NCBI RefSeq assembly: GCF_009914755.1 | Contig: NC_060947.1 | Source of the DNA: the human T2T-CHM13v2.0 reference genome, Homo sapiens | Length of the DNA stretch: 64,000 bases | Reading direction: 5' to 3' (one strand) | Shown: one piece after another, positions 58,746 to 64,000 of the stretch | Numbering within the stretch: position 1 is the stretch's first letter | How the letters are laid out: each line of letters begins with the position of its first letter | Notes under the pieces: model-generated | Database searches by the model: none | Told to the model about the DNA's origin: nothing | What the model saw: the letters and a program-made list of their open reading frames with translations, nothing else | Made by a program: the position numbers and the translations under genes

Positions 58746-59072
58746 GTTTACAGTCTGGCCTGTGGCCTGTGAGATGGCATTACCCTTAGATGGATAATAA
58801 ATAACTAATCCAATCAGATGCTTTGTCTTGGAGAGCTTGAATGTAATACACAGAGATAAACAGAGATGACAGATGGGTGGGGAAGTTTAAAAAGTCGGAT
58901 AACAAAGGAAGAAAATGGAAGTCATAAGAAAGTAGAAACTATAAGTAGAAGGTGTTAGGTGGAGAGAAGAGAGAAGATATGATACTGTAATAGTCTGAAG
59001 TCTATGGCAGCAAATGCATATACAGAAAGAAGCAAACATGTTTCGTGGTGTCTGTTGTTCCATGTTATTCTT

Positions 59073-59379
<307 letters not shown>

Positions 59380-60139
59380 CATGTTATTCTTCATGCCTCT
59401 CTGTATCCTGAAAATGTTCCTTATCACCTAAGCCTATCCCTGTCCCTTACAGCCTTAAGGAGACATAGCACATAACAGAGCAGTACCTGCAGTCGCCTGA
59501 AATCAAGATGATTTTTACTGCAGATATCTGAAAGTCTATTTAAAAATCTAGAATGGTTTTTAAACCAGGAACAGTTTATGTAAGTCTACTAAAGAACAAA
59601 ATGCCTTTTGTCCTCACTTCAAAGTTCTCACCAGAAAGTACTTTGTAATCCCAAACTGGTTGTGTTCTGAAAATGGAAAACATCCAAATGGAAAAACGAA
59701 AGTAATGATTCTTGCCCACAGGGATGTGATCCCACTATTTCTGTTGTGCAAAGCTTTGTATTTTGGACAGATGACAAAATGCTACCCCAGGCCAAATTCA
59801 CAAATGCCTTCATTTTCTGGGTAGTGTAAAAATACACCCTTCAGAGCCAGCATTCCACCAAAATAGTGCCCATGTTATAAAACTGATTCAGAACTCTGGT
59901 GCTGGTCTCTTGGCCCTAGCTCCTCATGAGGCCCAGAAGAATCTGTCACAATGAGGAAGATGAAATAAGAAAGAAACAGACATTTGTCTCATCTCTTCCA
60001 TGCCACCGGGCTAATTTCCATGTAAGTCCGTGACGAAGGAGTGGTGGTTAGTGATCCAGCTAAATGCGCCCATTCAGCTCTAAAGCCAGATTATGCATGG
60101 GGTATGATAGCAGCTTCATAAAGTCTAGGAGAGGTTAAT

Positions 60140-60855
<716 letters not shown>

Positions 60856-60969
60856 TAGGGTGAGCAACTATCTTGGTTTGCCTGGGACTACAGAGATTTC
60901 CTGGAAAATGGGAATTCCAGTGCTAAATCCGGGAAAGTCCCAGACAAACCAGGATGAGTGGTCACTCTG
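60856..60969. mobile_element. MER81-like hAT-Blackjack MITE
   Basis: tagggtgagcaactatcttggtttgcctgggact ... agtcccagacaaaccaggatgagtggtcactct long inverted termini. Confidence 0.82.
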
Positions 60970-61119
60970 CAACGCACATAAATATTTGGATCCTGAGCAT
61001 CCTTCCTGCTAAGTTTATGAAGATTCTTTGCCTACAGGGACTTGAGTGATCCAAATAACATAGATAAATTAGTCATTTCTGGGAAACCATCTATGCACAA
61101 AAAAAAAAAAAAAAAAAAC

Positions 61120-61278
61120 AAAGTGCCCCAATTTGTAGTATTTGCCAATTTCCATGGAGTAAATCTTCCCACTATGCCTGATTTCAAGCTACCAAAGGTA
61201 GGCTTAATAACTAGCTCACAATTCCTGTATATTTTACAATTGGCTCTCTTGAGCCATTGTAAGCCAGCCCCAGCACAG
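61120..61278. mobile_element. MER63-like hAT-Blackjack fragment
   Basis: ttgtagtatttgccaatttccatggagtaaat...gatttcaagctaccaa...gagccattgtaagccagccccagcac. Confidence 0.75.
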
Positions 61279-61727
61279 AAATTCCCATAGCAGAAACAAA
61301 AACGTTCTGTTTCCTCATGTGTTCAAATTGATGGGATATATAGGGCCAACGATGCAAAATCTGGTTGCTAATGATACTGTAAAGCAAATAAATCTGAGAG
61401 CTTATTGGGGAGTATACATTTGAGCTAAAGGAGAAAAGGGCCATGACAACACATTTTAAGAAGAGAATATAATTATTACTGCTGTAGCTGCTTTTTATGG
61501 GCATTGGAAAGGCTGTCTTTGAATTTATAGGGGCATTATCAGCATCACTGGTAGGTCACATGGCATTTGTCCCAAATTCCTAACACTTGGGACAACATGT
61601 GACTGCTGAAGAAACTGGCTCAAATCATTTCACCCTGAGATTTTACTTGAAAGAGAATTTTAGCCTGCAAATCATCTCACATTGGACCTGCAAAATTCTT
61701 TCTGACTTTTATCATGATGGCTTATTT

Positions 61728-62027
<300 letters not shown>

Positions 62028-63418
62028 TCATGATGGCTTATTTAAGCCAATCTGAAGCTTTAAATTATTGCCCCACTCATATTTCAAATTGTCTGTCCCC
62101 TGAGGACACTGGTAGCATAGGTTGGAGCACTGTTAAGTGAAATGTCAGCAATTATTAGATGTGCTTAAAGGTTTCCCCTATTTTTTAAAATTAAGTGTGT
62201 ATGTGTAGTGGGGAATGTCCAGGATGAAAGCTTGGCAACTCTCAAGATAGAAACAAACTGCTAGGCCCTATGTATCAAGGAGAAACTGTAAAAGCTTGAG
62301 TCACTTTGACAAGAGAGAAAAAGACTTAACCAGGGATATGATTAAGGCAGTTAAGATTGTAAAGCCTGCAAGAAATAATGGATCAGTTATTTCTTTTTAC
62401 AGTGTCTCATAATCTGAGAAGGTCACTCAATGAAACAGCTTTTAAATTCAGAATAAATAGTAAAAAGGAAATTTGTCTTTCAGAGTCCCATTGCCACTGC
62501 AAGAGGTCACTGGTTAAAAGCTGGAGTATAAAATGTTACCTTTATTGTTTTTTTTCCATTACAAAGGTAGTACATGCTATTACCAGAAAATTTGTAAAAG
62601 TAAAAAGAAAGAAATGATGCAATAACTGTTTGTCTTTTGGTATCTTTTTATTTTCCATTTTTCCTTTATGTGTACATTTCTGTTATTTTTATTTTATTTT
62701 GTAATATAGTTGTGATCATGCTGTAATTTTGAAGTCAGCCTTTTCCCTTAATGTATTACATGGTACAGTCGACTTTGATAAAAACGACCATATAAAGTTA
62801 TGAATGCTATTAGTCTTTGCTGAGAAGCAACAGAAAAGGTCACATTATTTATTGAGTGTCTACTATGTGATAGCCACTATGCTAAATCTCATGCCTCTGT
62901 GTATTATCAATGTCAAGAGTGAATTTACCTCTTCTTCTTTTGGGTATAAGACATAATTCATTCTGTAAATATTTACTGAACATCTACCAAGTACCACATA
63001 CCACATTAGGTACTGTAGAATATAACTGTCAACAAGACTAATACTATCCTGACATTTTAGAGATTAAGGTCTATCTTTTTGATTATTTATCACTCGTTAG
63101 TTATACAAACAACTATTGAGCCGTTCTAATGTGCAAAACACTGGACTTTCAGATTAGATCCTTGGAAATCATCTTCAGAAAGGAGAGGAACTACTTATAC
63201 TGACCATTAAATGCAAGAGAATGAATGAAACTTTCATGACTAGTTTGACTCTAACAGGCATGCATTAAGTTATACTATCAAGCTGATAGTAATAATGATA
63301 CTAATGCTAAAGCTAATAGCAAACACTTGAATAGCACTTACTATGTTCCAGGCACTACTCTAAGGGTTTTACAAATATTAACTGTTTGATCTTCACTGTA
63401 ACCCTATGAAATAATACA

Positions 63419-63525
63419 GCCATATTTCACCGAATTCAATATCCCATTGGTCGTATGGTGCATTCTGATTTCAGAACTGTTGAAACGTGGGTGGAAAAGT
63501 GTGTCTTACAATTGACCAAATATGT
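63419..63525. mobile_element. MER104-like TcMar MITE nested in a reverse MIR (about 63310-63650)
   Basis: ccatatttcaccgaatt ... aattgaccaaatatg degenerate inverted termini; internal ctgatttcagaactgttgaaacgtg. Confidence 0.6.
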
Positions 63526-63829
63526 TACTATTATCCCTATTTTAAAGATGAAGAATAAAGAGAAAGAAAAAAGCATAAAGTGTCTGAGTCAATATTTGAA
63601 CCCAGTCAGTTTCATTTTACAGCTTTTACTCTTAACCGCTATCGATACCATTTTGATAAGGCAGTTTTTAGCCCAGAGGTGTTGAGAGAAAAATTTAGGT
63701 TATGTAAATCAACTTAGGATGGCCAAACGAAGAGGAATATACGAGAGAATAATCGTTGGCAATAGCAGATAGACTAGACAGTTATTGGCCTGGGCATTTC
63801 TTCTTAACGGGTAAGGCAGTGTGATGTGT

Positions 63830-63985
63830 GGCTTGGATGTCCAGAAACTGGGTTCCAGTCCCAGTATTATAACTATCTTTGTGACCTTGGTTATGTCATT
63901 TGATCGTTCTGCACCTATTTCATTATCTGTAAAATAAGGAAAGGGCTCGAATGATTCAATGTTTCTCAAACTATTTCGACTGCAA
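63830..63985 (+). mobile_element. MIR (MIR3-like)
   Basis: ctgggttccagtcccag...gtgaccttggttatgtcattt...atctgtaaaataagg. Confidence 0.75.
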
Positions 63986-64000
63986 CCCACAGAAGAAAAA

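Overview
Primate, almost certainly human, genomic DNA: AT-rich and full of Alu, L1, L2, MIR, CR1/L3, MaLR/ERVL LTR and MER elements. The only coding sequence I can support is a 61-bp minus-strand exon at 45755-45815, which the ORF track misses. It has a long polypyrimidine tract plus CAG acceptor and a GTAAGT donor, and translates as (T)SVQGPWERAISPNKVPYYI(N), the first half of the dystrophin WW domain. This is DMD exon 62 (Xp21), so 45816-64000 is the 3' part of intron 61 and 1-45754 is the 5' part of intron 62; exon 61, the Dp71 promoter and exon 63 are not visible here. The ORF-track entries are Alu, L1 or low-complexity artefacts. I found no convincing new biological system. The most useful signals are: a pure (GAA)22 tract grown from an Alu-monomer tail; a latent 46-nt pseudoexon one base from a perfect donor; a decoy donor 63 nt into intron 62; direct Alus bracketing exon 62; a twin-primed L1 with an apparent 3' transduction; three locally templated insertion or fold-back scars; and two candidate regulatory patches. 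Repeat subfamily names and literature links come from memory and need checking with RepeatMasker, BLAT and variant databases. Boundaries of old repeats are approximate.
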